DNA of 64,000 nt from Candidatus Marinacidobacterium sp. (GTDB lineage: Bacteria > Acidobacteriota > Vicinamibacteria > Marinacidobacterales > Marinacidobacteraceae). A program made the position numbers and the translations under genes. Where the stretch lies: assembly GCA_965220965.1 (NCBI GenBank), contig CBDCRI010000001.1, positions 128,001 to 192,000 of the forward strand. The letters run 5' to 3'. Under the pieces are notes generated by a model. That model saw only the letters and a list, made by a program, of their open reading frames with translations, was not told the origin of the DNA and searched no databases. Positions 9,463-19,060 of this stretch are shown in pieces; position 1 is the first letter of the stretch; each line of letters starts with the position of its first letter.

Positions 9463-10050
9463 TCAGTCCGATTCGGGGTTGGGGATCGTGTTGTAGACGC
9501 AGTTGTCGTCGAGCACGACCTGCCCGTCGTTGCCGAGGTGGAAGCAGCGCCGGAAGTCCTCGTCCGGGCCGCGCACGACGTCGACCACGGCCTGGTTGCG
9601 CTCGCGCCGCAGCTCCTCGATCCGGCGGGCCGGGATGCTGGTGTAGCGGTTGATGGAGGAGCACACCAGGTCCGTCAGCAGCCCCTTGGTGCGGCCCAGA
9701 ACGCCGCCGATGGTCGGCAGGCCGAAGCCCGGGTCGCGGCCGATCTCGGCGATGCACTCGGCGAGCAGGTCGCGGTCGGGCCAGCCGTAGGGGTCCTCCC
9801 CGGCCCCCGCGCCCGACGTGGGGCCGCCCTCCACCGGGCGCATGACGTAGTAGCCGTCCTCGGTCCACTCGCCCTTGGGCCTGAGGTCGACCACGGCCCC
9901 CTCGGGCAGCCGCAGCGGCACCGCCACCGCCTGGCCGGTCTCCGGGTCGACCACCTCCACGTCCGGGCAGGCCTCCTGCATGGTCGACTGGCCGAGGGCC
10001 AGGGCCGGCGCCAGCGCCAGCGGCAGGAGGGTCTTCGCGATCAGCCTCAT
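9463..10050 (-). CDS. Secreted hypothetical protein (loosely IncI TraL-like)
   Basis: Signal peptide; spaced Cys pattern EC...LPTI...VC. Confidence 0.5.
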   Translation of the reverse strand: MRLIAKTLLPLALAPALALGQSTMQEACPDVEVVDPETGQAVAVPLRLPEGAVVDLRPKGEWTEDGYYVMRPVEGGPTSGAGAGEDPYGWPDRDLLAECIAEIGRDPGFGLPTIGGVLGRTKGLLTDLVCSSINRYTSIPARRIEELRRERNQAVVDVVRGPDEDFRRCFHLGNDGQVVLDDNCVYNTIPNPESD

Positions 10051-10096
10051 GCGCGGGGATGTTCGGGGGGCGCGGCGCCTTTGTCAAGGGGACTCC

Positions 10097-10114
10097 ATGG
10101 TATAATGCATGTGT
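10097..10114 (+). promoter_or_regulatory. Extended -10 promoter ATGGTATAATGCATGTGT
   Basis: TGnTATAAT; identical copy at 39056-39073. Confidence 0.75.
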
Positions 10115-10134
10115 TCAACCCCGGAGGCCGCCCC

Positions 10135-11346
10135 ATGGCCGACCACGACATCCACCCGCCGCGCGGGGCCGGCGTCCCGGTCAAGGCGTGGACGCGCGGC
10201 GTGCCGCTGGAGCGCCAGGCGCTGGAGCAGGCGCTCAACGTCGCCGCCCTGCCGTGCGTGCACTCCCACGTGGCGCTCATGCCCGACGTCCACTTCGGGA
10301 TCGGGGCCACGGTCGGCTCGGTCATCCCCACGGTGGGGGCGGTCATCCCGGCGGCGGTCGGCGTGGACATCGGCTGCGGCATGGTGGCGGCCCGGACCAC
10401 GCTCGCGGCCGCGGACCTGCCGGACTCCCTCGCCCCGCTGCGCTCGGCCATCGAGCGGGCCGTGCCGCACGGGGTCAAGGGGGCCGGCTCGTGGCACGCC
10501 GACGCGCCCGCCGCCGGGCGCAGCGCCTGGCGGTCGCTGGAGGGCGGCCTGCCGCGCATCGCCGAGGGCGCGCCGCGCATCGAGCGGGCCGCCCGGCGGG
10601 CGCCGCTGCAGCTCGGCACGCTCGGCGGCGGCAACCACTTCATCGAGGTCTGCCTCGACGAGGCGGAGCGCGTCTGGGTGATGCTGCACAGCGGCAGCCG
10701 GGGCATCGGCAACGCCATCGGCACCCACTTCATCGGCCTGGCGCAGGAGGACATGCGGCGCCACTTGGCGAACCTGCCGGACCGCAACCTGGCCTACTTC
10801 GAGGAGGGCGCGAAGCACTTCGACGACTACTGGTTCGCGGTGCAGTGGGCGCAGCGCTACGCCGCCGCCAACCGCGAGGTGATGCTCGACCGGACGCTGC
10901 ACGCCCTGCGCGGCCAGGTCCGGCCCTTCCGGCTCGACGGCCGGGCGGTCAACTGCCACCACAACTACGTGGCCCGCGAGCGCCACGGCGGGCACGACCT
11001 GCTGGTCACCCGCAAGGGCGCCGTGCGCGCCGGGGCCGGGGAGCTCGGCATCATCCCGGGCTCCATGGGCGCAAGGTCCCACATCGTCCGCGGCAAGGGC
11101 AACCCGGACGCCTTCGAGTCCTGCTCGCACGGCGCCGGACGGCGGATGTCGCGCAGCGCCGCCAAGGCGCGGTTCAGCCTGGCCGACCACGCCGCCGCCA
11201 CCGCAGGGGTCGAGTGCCGCAAGGACCAGGGGGTGCTCGACGAGACGCCTGGCGCCTACAAGGACATCGACGCGGTGATGCGGGCGCAGCAGAGCCTGGT
11301 CGAGACGGTGCACACCCTGCGCCAAGTGGTCTGCTGCAAGGGCTGA
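10135..11346 (+). CDS. rtcB: RtcB RNA ligase
   Basis: MPDVHFG, VGVDIGCG, GTLGGGNHF, HSGSRG, HHNY, RKGA, PGSMG, SHGAGR; GGAGG RBS. Confidence 0.97.
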   Translation: MADHDIHPPRGAGVPVKAWTRGVPLERQALEQALNVAALPCVHSHVALMPDVHFGIGATVGSVIPTVGAVIPAAVGVDIGCGMVAARTTLAAADLPDSLAPLRSAIERAVPHGVKGAGSWHADAPAAGRSAWRSLEGGLPRIAEGAPRIERAARRAPLQLGTLGGGNHFIEVCLDEAERVWVMLHSGSRGIGNAIGTHFIGLAQEDMRRHLANLPDRNLAYFEEGAKHFDDYWFAVQWAQRYAAANREVMLDRTLHALRGQVRPFRLDGRAVNCHHNYVARERHGGHDLLVTRKGAVRAGAGELGIIPGSMGARSHIVRGKGNPDAFESCSHGAGRRMSRSAAKARFSLADHAAATAGVECRKDQGVLDETPGAYKDIDAVMRAQQSLVETVHTLRQVVCCKG

Positions 11347-11541
11347 GGCGGCGGATGGCCACGCGCCGGCGATGGCAAGGCAACCCCGCGCCCGTCAGGC
11401 CCGGCCTCGTCGAGCTGGGGCTGGCGCAACGCCCGCCGGCCTGACCGCGCCAAGGCCGGGGGCCGTGGCGCCGCGTCGGCGGGCGGGCCGCCCTATGGTA
11501 TGATACGCAAGTCGCAACGCGTCGCGCCGACCGCACCCAGC

Positions 11542-12216
11542 ATGTCCCAAGCCTCGCAAGGCCCCCCCGATTCGCAAGCCGCCGTCCCCGCGCCGCCCCC
11601 CGCGGGCCGCGGGCCCGACGGGCGCGCCGAGCGCGACCGGTGGATCGCCGACCGCTACGGCGAGGGGCTCTCCATGGACGCCATCGCCCAGCGGCTCGGC
11701 ATCTCGGACCAGACCGTGAGCAAGAGGCTCAAGGAGATGGGCGTCGAGTCGCGCAGGAAGGGCAGCTGGTGGGGGCCGGAGGCCGCCTCGAAGCGCGCCA
11801 AGCTGCGCCATGAGGTGGGCCCCCTGTGGCTGCTGGGGCGCTACCAGTCGGAGATCGCGGAGCAGACGGCCCGCTCGCAAACCGCAGTGTCCAAGATCGT
11901 GGAGGATGAGCGGCGGGCCGGGACCCTCGACGCCGGCATCGCCCGCAACCGCGAAATCGTGCGCCGGGCGCTGCGCGGCGAGCCCCACGAGGACATCGCC
12001 CGCGGGGAGGGCCTCGCCCTCGAGGCCGTCCGGCGCATCGTCTCGCAGCCCAACCGCTGGTTCGCCCCCCGCAAGGACGGCACCCCGGCCATGACGTGGC
12101 TGATCGCCGAGGCGCACCGCCGCGGGGCGAGCGACAAGCTGATCAGCGCCTGCCTGCAGCTGTCCCTGACCTCGGTGCGGATCAACCTGGCGCGCGCCCG
12201 CAAGGCCAAGGCGTGA
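11542..12216 (+). CDS. Multi-HTH DNA-binding protein
   Basis: GLSMDAIAQRLGISDQTVSKRL plus further HTH-like segments; TATGGTATGAT upstream. Confidence 0.7.
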   Translation: MSQASQGPPDSQAAVPAPPPAGRGPDGRAERDRWIADRYGEGLSMDAIAQRLGISDQTVSKRLKEMGVESRRKGSWWGPEAASKRAKLRHEVGPLWLLGRYQSEIAEQTARSQTAVSKIVEDERRAGTLDAGIARNREIVRRALRGEPHEDIARGEGLALEAVRRIVSQPNRWFAPRKDGTPAMTWLIAEAHRRGASDKLISACLQLSLTSVRINLARARKAKA

Positions 12217-12647
12217 CGCGCCCCAAGACCGGCTTCGCGATCAAGGCCCTGGCCGCCGCCCGGTGGCACTTGGCGGCCGCCGGGCAGCGCGTGCGGGCGG
12301 GCGATGCGGAAGGCGCCGCCTGCCGCGCCCACTTCGCCGCCGCGCACGCCGCCAACGCGTTCGCCGCCTGGCGCGGGCACCCCTCCCGCCTGCGGGATCC
12401 GAGCGACGACGCGAGGGCCTTCGTCGAGGTCTTCTGCGCACCGACGGGGGAGGCCTTCCCGGCGTCCCTGCGAGACGCCCTGGCCGAGCTTCGGCGGCTG
12501 CACGACAAGGTCGCCTGGCGCGCGGAGCCGCTCACGGCGGACGAGGGGCGCGAGGCGCTGCGGCACGCCGAAGGGGCGATTGAGGCCATCCAGGGCCAGC
12601 TGCCGGAGAGCGTGACGGCGAAGCGCGCGCCAACGCCGGCGCCCTGA
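12213..12647 (+). CDS. HEPN-domain-like protein
   Basis: HEPN helical pattern (A..HL..A, AC.AHFAA..A..A, L.RL......, EA...AE..IE); GTGA-coupled to the HTH gene. Confidence 0.6.
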   Translation: MTRPKTGFAIKALAAARWHLAAAGQRVRAGDAEGAACRAHFAAAHAANAFAAWRGHPSRLRDPSDDARAFVEVFCAPTGEAFPASLRDALAELRRLHDKVAWRAEPLTADEGREALRHAEGAIEAIQGQLPESVTAKRAPTPAP

Positions 12648-12721
12648 CGGGCCACGGCCGAAGGGGCCTGGCGCGCGCAAAGCCCCTACAATGGCCCCAT
12701 GGGGCGGCGGAGGACAGGGAC

Positions 12722-14248
12722 GTGACGCATCCGGCCACGGCATCGGACGCGGCGGCGCTGGGCGATGGCCTCATCCGCATCGCCCGCGCCCTGCGCGGCA
12801 GCGCCGCGGCGGGCGATGCGCGGGCGGCCATGCTGCCCATCGCCTTCCTGCGCGGCCTGTCCGCGAACTACGAGCGGGCGGTGGCCCGGGAGCTCGGCTG
12901 GCCGCCCGACCGCCGCTTCCGCCTCGCCGATGCGCTGGCCGACCATCCGGGCGGGCAGGACGGCCTCTCGCGGCGCATGCGCGCCAAGGTCGGCTACGCG
13001 CTGCCCCCCCAGCACCTCTGGGGCGCCGTCGCCCGGTCCGCCGAGGCGGGCGGCGGCGTGCGCTTCGCGCTGCGCCTGTCCGAGGCCATCCGCGCCAGCG
13101 AGGCGGGGTCGACCCTAGGCCATCTCGTGGGCACGCTGACCGCCCCCATCCCCCGCATCCGGCAGCTGCGCAGCACCCCCGCGGAGATCGGCGACGCGCT
13201 GCGCGACGCGGTGCTGGCCACCGACCGGCTCGTCGGCCGGCTCCCCGACGGGGCGGGGCCGCTGGCCGACGCCTTCGAGCGGCTGGTCGGCCACTTCGCC
13301 GCGCAGTGCTACCACTCGGACGGCGGCGACGCCTACACGCCGCGCCCGGTGGCGGACCTGCTGGCGGGCATCGTGGCCTGGGACACGGACCGGGCCGGCG
13401 GCGGCCCGCGGGCGCGCCTCAACGCCGCCCTCGACTTCGCCTGTGGCTCCGGATCCCTCCTGCTGAACGTCCGCCGGCAGGTGGGGCCGATGCGCATCGG
13501 GCGCCTGCACGGACACGACCGCTCCCACCTGGCGCTGTGGCAGGCCAGGATGAGCATGGCGCTGAACGGGCTGCCGCCGCAGGCCTTCGAGTTGCGCCTC
13601 CTCGACGCCCTCACGGAGCTTGGCCACGAGCCGACGCTGCACGGGGGCTTCGACGCAGTCGTCGCCGCGCCGTCGTTCAGCGTCCCCATCGACCGCGCCG
13701 CCATGGCCCCCTGGGCGCGCTTCGACGCGCGCTTCCGCGGCTTCGACCTGCCTGGCCACTCGGACGACTTCGCGTTCCTGCTGCACGGCCTGCACCACCT
13801 CGCCCCGGGGGGCACGATGGCGATGGCGGCCCTGCACCCGGGATTCCTGGGCGTGGGGGGCTGGACGGGGGCCGTCCGCCGCGTCCTCGTCGAGCGGGGG
13901 CTGGTGGACGCCGTCATCCAGCTGCCGCCCGGGCTGTTCCCGTCGAGCGGCGCGCCCAGCGCGGTGCTGGTCCTGAAGCGGCGCCCGGTCCCCCGGCCGG
14001 ACGTGCTGCTGATCGACGCGTCCGCCCTGTTCGAGCCGGCCGGGCGCCGCCTCAACCGCCTCACCGACGTCCACGTCGCGCGCATCCTGGAGACGCACCG
14101 GCGGCGGCCGGAGGCGCTCGGCCGGTTCGCCCGGCGCGTCGGCGCCGCCGAGATCGCCGCCCAAGGCCACAGCCTCGCGATGGCGGCGCACCTCGGGGCG
14201 CCGGGCGCGCCGCGGGCCGCAGCCGCCGTCCGGTCCCCCGGACCCTGA
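12722..14248 (+). CDS. Type I R-M HsdM-like N6-adenine methyltransferase, degenerate
   Basis: YTPRPV, DFACGSGSLL, DFAFLLHGLHHL, LVDAVIQLP; the NPPF motif reads APSF. Confidence 0.85.
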   Translation: MTHPATASDAAALGDGLIRIARALRGSAAAGDARAAMLPIAFLRGLSANYERAVARELGWPPDRRFRLADALADHPGGQDGLSRRMRAKVGYALPPQHLWGAVARSAEAGGGVRFALRLSEAIRASEAGSTLGHLVGTLTAPIPRIRQLRSTPAEIGDALRDAVLATDRLVGRLPDGAGPLADAFERLVGHFAAQCYHSDGGDAYTPRPVADLLAGIVAWDTDRAGGGPRARLNAALDFACGSGSLLLNVRRQVGPMRIGRLHGHDRSHLALWQARMSMALNGLPPQAFELRLLDALTELGHEPTLHGGFDAVVAAPSFSVPIDRAAMAPWARFDARFRGFDLPGHSDDFAFLLHGLHHLAPGGTMAMAALHPGFLGVGGWTGAVRRVLVERGLVDAVIQLPPGLFPSSGAPSAVLVLKRRPVPRPDVLLIDASALFEPAGRRLNRLTDVHVARILETHRRRPEALGRFARRVGAAEIAAQGHSLAMAAHLGAPGAPRAAAAVRSPGP

Positions 14249-14284
14249 CGGGCCGGGCCTGCGGGCGGGCGCGCAAGGCTAGGC

Positions 14285-16228
14285 ATGGCCGCCCCCACGG
14301 ACGCCGCGCGCGCGGCCAACCCGCTGCTGGCGCTGCCGCAGGACTACCGCGACCTCTCCCTCGCCCACGTCCGCCTCGACGAGATCCCGGTCGATGGCCC
14401 CGAGGCGCCGAAGCGCCTGCTGTACGCCGCCTGCGAGGCCGTCGAGCTGCGCCCCACCAGGGGCGGCGACCCGATGGCGCTGGCCACGCTCTGCGACGGC
14501 GAGCGCCGCGAGCAGGTGGCCCTGTTCCGCGGGCAGTGGGAGCAGGGAGGCGCCGAGGCCGGGCGGCCGATCCTGATGCGGGTGCGGCGGCGGCTGGTCA
14601 ACGGCGAGGCGCGGCTGGCCAACGCCGACGTCTACCCCCCTTGGGCGCACGGCCGCGTCATCGCCCTGCACAAGGGCCGCTCCGGGCACGCCAGCGCCCT
14701 CGAGGCGCACGCGCTGGCTGCGGCGGCGCTGGCCGACGGGGAAGGCGCCCTGCGCGAGGCGGTGGACGCGCTGCGCGAGCGCCTGCCCGGCCGGCCGCGG
14801 GCCTACCTGCGGCGGGCCGGCAGCCCGCGCGAGTCCTACGGGGCCTGGCTTTCGGACCTGCACGCGCCGCGCACGGCGGCCGAGGGCCTGGCGGCCCGCG
14901 AGTGCGGATTGAAGCTGGCGGCCATGGACCTGCTGACGCGGGCCGGCGCCGGCCAGGCGCCGGCGGCAGGGGAGCCGATGCGGCTGCCCAAGGCGGCGGT
15001 CGAGCGGGCCGTGCGCGACGTCGAGGCGCACTCCGGGTTCGCCCTGTCGCGCGCCCAGCGCGGCGTGGTCAGCGCCCTCGCGGCGGCGCTCGCCGCCGGC
15101 GACCGGCGCATCCTGCTGCACGGCGAGGTGGGCTCCGGCAAGACCTACGTGTTCCTGCCGGTCGCGGCGGCCGCGGCCCGCGCCGGCCACCGCGTGCACC
15201 TGATGTCGCCCAACCGCCTGCTCGCCGCGCAGACCCACGCCGTGGCCAAGGGCGCCTACCCGGACCTGGCCCCGCAGCTGGTCGCCTCCGGCAGGGCGAA
15301 GGCGGCCGCCGGCCGCCTGCTGATCGGCACCCAGGCGCTGCTGCGGCTGGCGGAGCGGCCCGACTTCGCGGTGGTGGACGAGGAGCAGAAGGTCGGGGCG
15401 GAGCAGAAGCGCGCCATGGAGGCCGGGCGCCTGCTGGAGGTCTCGGCCACGCCGCTGCCGCGCACCCTCGCCATCGCCCGGCTCGGCGGCCGCCGCCTGC
15501 TGTCCCTGCCGGCGCGCTCCGCCGACCGGCGCATCGAGTGCCGCATCGAGGAGCCGGACGGCCTGCGCCCGGTGATGGACGCGATCAGGGCCGACCTCGC
15601 CCAAGGGGTCAACGTGGCGGTCATCTACCCGCACGCGAAGCGCGGCTACGGCTCGGTCGACGAGGCGCGCTCGCGCTGGGAGCGCGCCATGCCCGGCGAC
15701 GTCATCAGCCTGCACGGCCAGCTCGACGCGGCGGCCAGGAACGCCGCCCTGCTGCGCGTGCTGCACCCGCCGCCGGGGCGCCGGGCGCGCGGGGCGGTGA
15801 TCCTCGCCACCTCCATCCTGGAGATCGGCGTCACGCTGCCGAACCTGAAGCGCATGGTGGTCTACGGCCCGGACCGCCAGGGCGCCTCATCGCTGCACCA
15901 GATGCGCGGCCGGCTGTGCCGGCAGGGCGGGGAGGGGGTGATGCACCTGCTGCTGCCCAAGCCGGCGGAGCGGATGCCGAAGGCCACCATGGAGCGGCTG
16001 CGCGCCGTCCAGGGCACCGCCTCGGGGGCGGAGGTCGCGGCCGCCGACGCGGACCGCCGCGGCTTCGGCGAGCTGCGGCGCATGGGGCTGATGCAGTCCG
16101 GCAAGGACGACGACCCGCTGCTCGCCGGGGCCGACCCCAGCCTTCAGGACCTGCTGTCGGTCATGCGTCCCCAGGGCCGGGGCCGGCGCCGGCCGGCCCC
16201 GGCCCCAGGGCGCCGACCGCGGCCCTGA
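14285..16228 (+). CDS. RecG-like SF2 helicase
   Basis: GEVGSGKT, VVDEEQK, SATPLPRTL, ATSILEIGV, LHQMRGR. Confidence 0.85.
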   Translation: MAAPTDAARAANPLLALPQDYRDLSLAHVRLDEIPVDGPEAPKRLLYAACEAVELRPTRGGDPMALATLCDGERREQVALFRGQWEQGGAEAGRPILMRVRRRLVNGEARLANADVYPPWAHGRVIALHKGRSGHASALEAHALAAAALADGEGALREAVDALRERLPGRPRAYLRRAGSPRESYGAWLSDLHAPRTAAEGLAARECGLKLAAMDLLTRAGAGQAPAAGEPMRLPKAAVERAVRDVEAHSGFALSRAQRGVVSALAAALAAGDRRILLHGEVGSGKTYVFLPVAAAAARAGHRVHLMSPNRLLAAQTHAVAKGAYPDLAPQLVASGRAKAAAGRLLIGTQALLRLAERPDFAVVDEEQKVGAEQKRAMEAGRLLEVSATPLPRTLAIARLGGRRLLSLPARSADRRIECRIEEPDGLRPVMDAIRADLAQGVNVAVIYPHAKRGYGSVDEARSRWERAMPGDVISLHGQLDAAARNAALLRVLHPPPGRRARGAVILATSILEIGVTLPNLKRMVVYGPDRQGASSLHQMRGRLCRQGGEGVMHLLLPKPAERMPKATMERLRAVQGTASGAEVAAADADRRGFGELRRMGLMQSGKDDDPLLAGADPSLQDLLSVMRPQGRGRRRPAPAPGRRPRP

Positions 16229-18242
16229 GCTGCGGCAGCAGGCTGGTCGCGTCGGGGGCGGCCACGCTGCCCGCCGCCTGGCTGAACGCCGCCGCGGAGC
16301 CGTGGACGCGCACCGTGCGACGGGCGCGGGTGACGGCCGTGTAGAGGTGCTCGCGGCTCCATCCGGCGTCGGGCGGCAGCACCACGCCGACGTGCTCGAA
16401 CTCCGAGCCCTGGGCCGCGTGCACGGTGGTGGCGTAGGCCAGGTCGAGCTCGGCCAGGGCGTCCTCGCGGTGGCGCCGCTCAAGCCCGTCCCAGTCCACG
16501 GCTAGCGCCGTCCCCTCGACGCCGACGACGCGGCCGATGGCGCCGTTCATCACGCCCAGCCGGTAGTTGTTGCGCGTCTGCCGCACGCGGTCGCCGACCC
16601 GCGCGACGTGGCGGCGCCCCTCGCCGATGGGCAGCGACGGCCCCTCCGGGTTGAGCGCCGCCTGGGCGGCCGCGTTCAGCGCCCGCACCCCGTAGGCGCC
16701 CTCGTGGCGCGCCGAGAACCACTGCCGCGGCGGCCCCTCGGCCAGGCTGCCCGCCCACTCCAGCGCGCTCGCCTGCAGGTGGGCGGGCAGCTCGGTCCAG
16801 GCCAGGTCGGGGGAGGCGAGCCCCCAGGGCGCCTCGCCCTGGCGCAGCCGCTCCGCCAGCTCCAGCACCCCGGAGCCGGCGTCCTGGCGGAACACCTCGG
16901 TCAGGCGCGTCACCGGGAACGCCCCGCAGTCGATCAGGTCGCGCAGCACGTTGCCGTCGCCCACCGGCGGCAGCTGGTTGGGGTCGCCGGAGAGGATCAG
17001 GCGGGCGCCGTCGGGCAGCGCCGACAGCAGGCTCAGGCACAGCGCGCGGTCGAGCATCGAGGCCTCGTCGACGTAGACGTCGGCCTTGGGCAGCGGCCGG
17101 TCGGCGTGGTGCCCGAAGGCGCCGGCGGCGGTGGCCTTCAGCAGCCGGTGGACGGTGTGCGCGGGCCGCCCGCAGGCCTCCTCGAGCCGCTGCGCGGCGC
17201 GCCCGGTCGGCGCGCACAGGAACACCTTCCCGGCGGCCGCGGACTGCTCCGCCATGTGCCGGATCACCGTGGTCTTGCCGACCCCCGGGCCGCCGGTGAG
17301 GATCGACACCGGGTGCCGGTTGGCCATGCCCACGGCCTCCCGCTGGGCCGCCGACAGGCCGTCCTGCGACATCCGCGTGCGGCGGTCCCGGCGGCGGCCG
17401 GCGGCCTCCGAGCGCAGCCGGCCGAGCTGGTCGATGACCTGGGCGTCGGCCTCCCAGCCGCTCCAGCCCCACAGCAGGCTGCCGTCCCAGCGGCACAGCT
17501 CGGCCTCCGCCGCCCGGCGCACCGCCGCCTCCACGTCGGCGCGCGCGAACCCGTGCGCGGCCATCGGCCGCCACAGGTCGTCGACCGCCTTGCCGCACAG
17601 CGCGCCGGCCTCGTCCCAGCCGGCCAGGGCGGCGCCGACCCAGGCGTCGGCGCGCTCCGGGGCGCCCGGCAGGTGGCCCAGCGCCAGCGCCATGGCGTCG
17701 ATGGCGCGCAGGCTTCCCACCTCGCCGTCGAGCAGCCCGTAGGGGTCCGCGACCAGCGCCTCCCAGGGCGCGCCCATGGTGTCGTGGAGGATGCGCTCCG
17801 CCAGGTGGGCCGGGGCGCCGGCCCGGCGCAGCACGCCGTAGGCGCGGACCTCCCTCTCGAACGCCCGAACCCAGGGGGCGTCGGCCATGGCGCGGCAGGC
17901 GGGCAGCGCCCCGAGGCCCGCCGCGGCCGCCCGGAAGCCCTCCGGCGGCGCGCCCGGCGGCCCGCCCTGGGCGGCGCGCTCGGCGGCGAATGCGGCCGCC
18001 TGGGCGCGGGTCAGGGCGGGGAACACGTAGCGGCGCCCGGCCTGCTCGACCAGGTAGGCGCTGGAGCCCGGCGGCGGCGGCTGGATGGCGAACGCCTCGC
18101 CCGCCGCGCCGCCCTCCGCGACCACGACCAGAACGCGCCCCACCGGGCAGAAGGCCGTGCAGCGGAAGCCGTCGAGGACGGTGACGCGCACCTCGGGCGC
18201 GGCGCGCAGGTAGGCGGCGGCCGGGCCGCCGGCGTCAGCCAC
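16161..18242 (-). CDS. RecD2-like SF1 helicase
   Basis: TGGPGVGKT, APTGRAA, VDEASM, GDPNQLPPV, LTEVFRQ, TVHAAQGSE, YTAVTRA. Confidence 0.92.
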   Translation of the reverse strand: MADAGGPAAAYLRAAPEVRVTVLDGFRCTAFCPVGRVLVVVAEGGAAGEAFAIQPPPPGSSAYLVEQAGRRYVFPALTRAQAAAFAAERAAQGGPPGAPPEGFRAAAAGLGALPACRAMADAPWVRAFEREVRAYGVLRRAGAPAHLAERILHDTMGAPWEALVADPYGLLDGEVGSLRAIDAMALALGHLPGAPERADAWVGAALAGWDEAGALCGKAVDDLWRPMAAHGFARADVEAAVRRAAEAELCRWDGSLLWGWSGWEADAQVIDQLGRLRSEAAGRRRDRRTRMSQDGLSAAQREAVGMANRHPVSILTGGPGVGKTTVIRHMAEQSAAAGKVFLCAPTGRAAQRLEEACGRPAHTVHRLLKATAAGAFGHHADRPLPKADVYVDEASMLDRALCLSLLSALPDGARLILSGDPNQLPPVGDGNVLRDLIDCGAFPVTRLTEVFRQDAGSGVLELAERLRQGEAPWGLASPDLAWTELPAHLQASALEWAGSLAEGPPRQWFSARHEGAYGVRALNAAAQAALNPEGPSLPIGEGRRHVARVGDRVRQTRNNYRLGVMNGAIGRVVGVEGTALAVDWDGLERRHREDALAELDLAYATTVHAAQGSEFEHVGVVLPPDAGWSREHLYTAVTRARRTVRVHGSAAAFSQAAGSVAAPDATSLLPQLRAAVGALGPGPAGAGPGPGDA

Positions 18243-18378
18243 GGCGCTGGCCCAGGGGCCGGCGTCGCCGGCCCCGAAAGCCCCAAGAACGCCGATTGAC
18301 CCGCCGCATCGCCCAGACTCCCGCCTCGTGGCAAGGCATTATAGAATCGGCCCGCCAAACCGAGTCCCCGGAGGCCCC

Positions 18379-19056
18379 ATGACCGCCAGCGCCCGACGCG
18401 CCGCCCGAGGCGCCCTGCCCGCGCTGCTGGCGCTGGCCGCGGCCGCGTGGGGCGAGCCGGCCGGCCCTCCGGACGCCGCCCGCACCGCCGAAGGGGCCGC
18501 CTTCCACGGCGCCATCGTCGGCCCCGGGGTGCGCGTCGCCTTCATCCGCACCCGGCAGTCGCGCCGCCCGCTGGCCTACCGGCTCGGCGAGCGGCCGCTG
18601 CCCGGCGCCCGGCTGGCCGCCATCGAGCCCGACCGCGCCGTGCTGGCGCTGGCCGGGGGCGGCGAGGTCGTGCTGCGCATGGCGGGGGCCGCGCCGCCGG
18701 CCCTGCGGCCGCACCGGGCCAAGGCCGCGCGCGCGGCGGCCGCGCCGGAGCCTGCCACCTCCCGGCCGCCGCGCCTGAAGCGGTCGGGCGAGGGCGCCTG
18801 GACGGTGGCCGAGGCCGGACCGGGCTCGGCCATGCGCCGGGCCGGGTTCGCGGCCGGCGACCGGATCCTCGCGGTCGGCGGCCGGCCCCCCGACGCGCTG
18901 CCGCCCGACGCCCGCGGCTGGGCGCTGGCGGCGGGGGAGGGCGCCCCGATGGCCTTCGAGATCGACCGCGGCGGGCGCCGGCTGACCCTGGCGCTGCACC
19001 CCGACGACTACTACGGCCCACTCCGGCAGGGGCCAACCGGCGGCCCGAAACTATAA
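18379..19056 (+). CDS. GspC-like secreted protein with PDZ-like domain
   Basis: Signal peptide; YRLGE.LPGARL.AI..DRAVL segment; AGFAAGDRILAVGG PDZ-like motif. Confidence 0.55.
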   Translation: MTASARRAARGALPALLALAAAAWGEPAGPPDAARTAEGAAFHGAIVGPGVRVAFIRTRQSRRPLAYRLGERPLPGARLAAIEPDRAVLALAGGGEVVLRMAGAAPPALRPHRAKAARAAAAPEPATSRPPRLKRSGEGAWTVAEAGPGSAMRRAGFAAGDRILAVGGRPPDALPPDARGWALAAGEGAPMAFEIDRGGRRLTLALHPDDYYGPLRQGPTGGPKL

Positions 19057-19060
19057 TGGC

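Noticed and set aside
10050-10061. TGCGCGGGGATG resembling half a CRISPR repeat upstream of rtcB
   Set aside because: The 5' stem arm is absent and there is no periodic neighbour
8503-10134. Apparent 540-aa N-terminal extension of RtcB
   Set aside because: It is antisense to the topoisomerase and the secreted gene; promoter and RBS point to ATG 10135
12691-16344. 1217-aa ORF and many other long Arg/Pro/Gly/Ala-rich ORFs
   Set aside because: Shadow frames of real genes in very high-GC DNA, with no recognisable motifs
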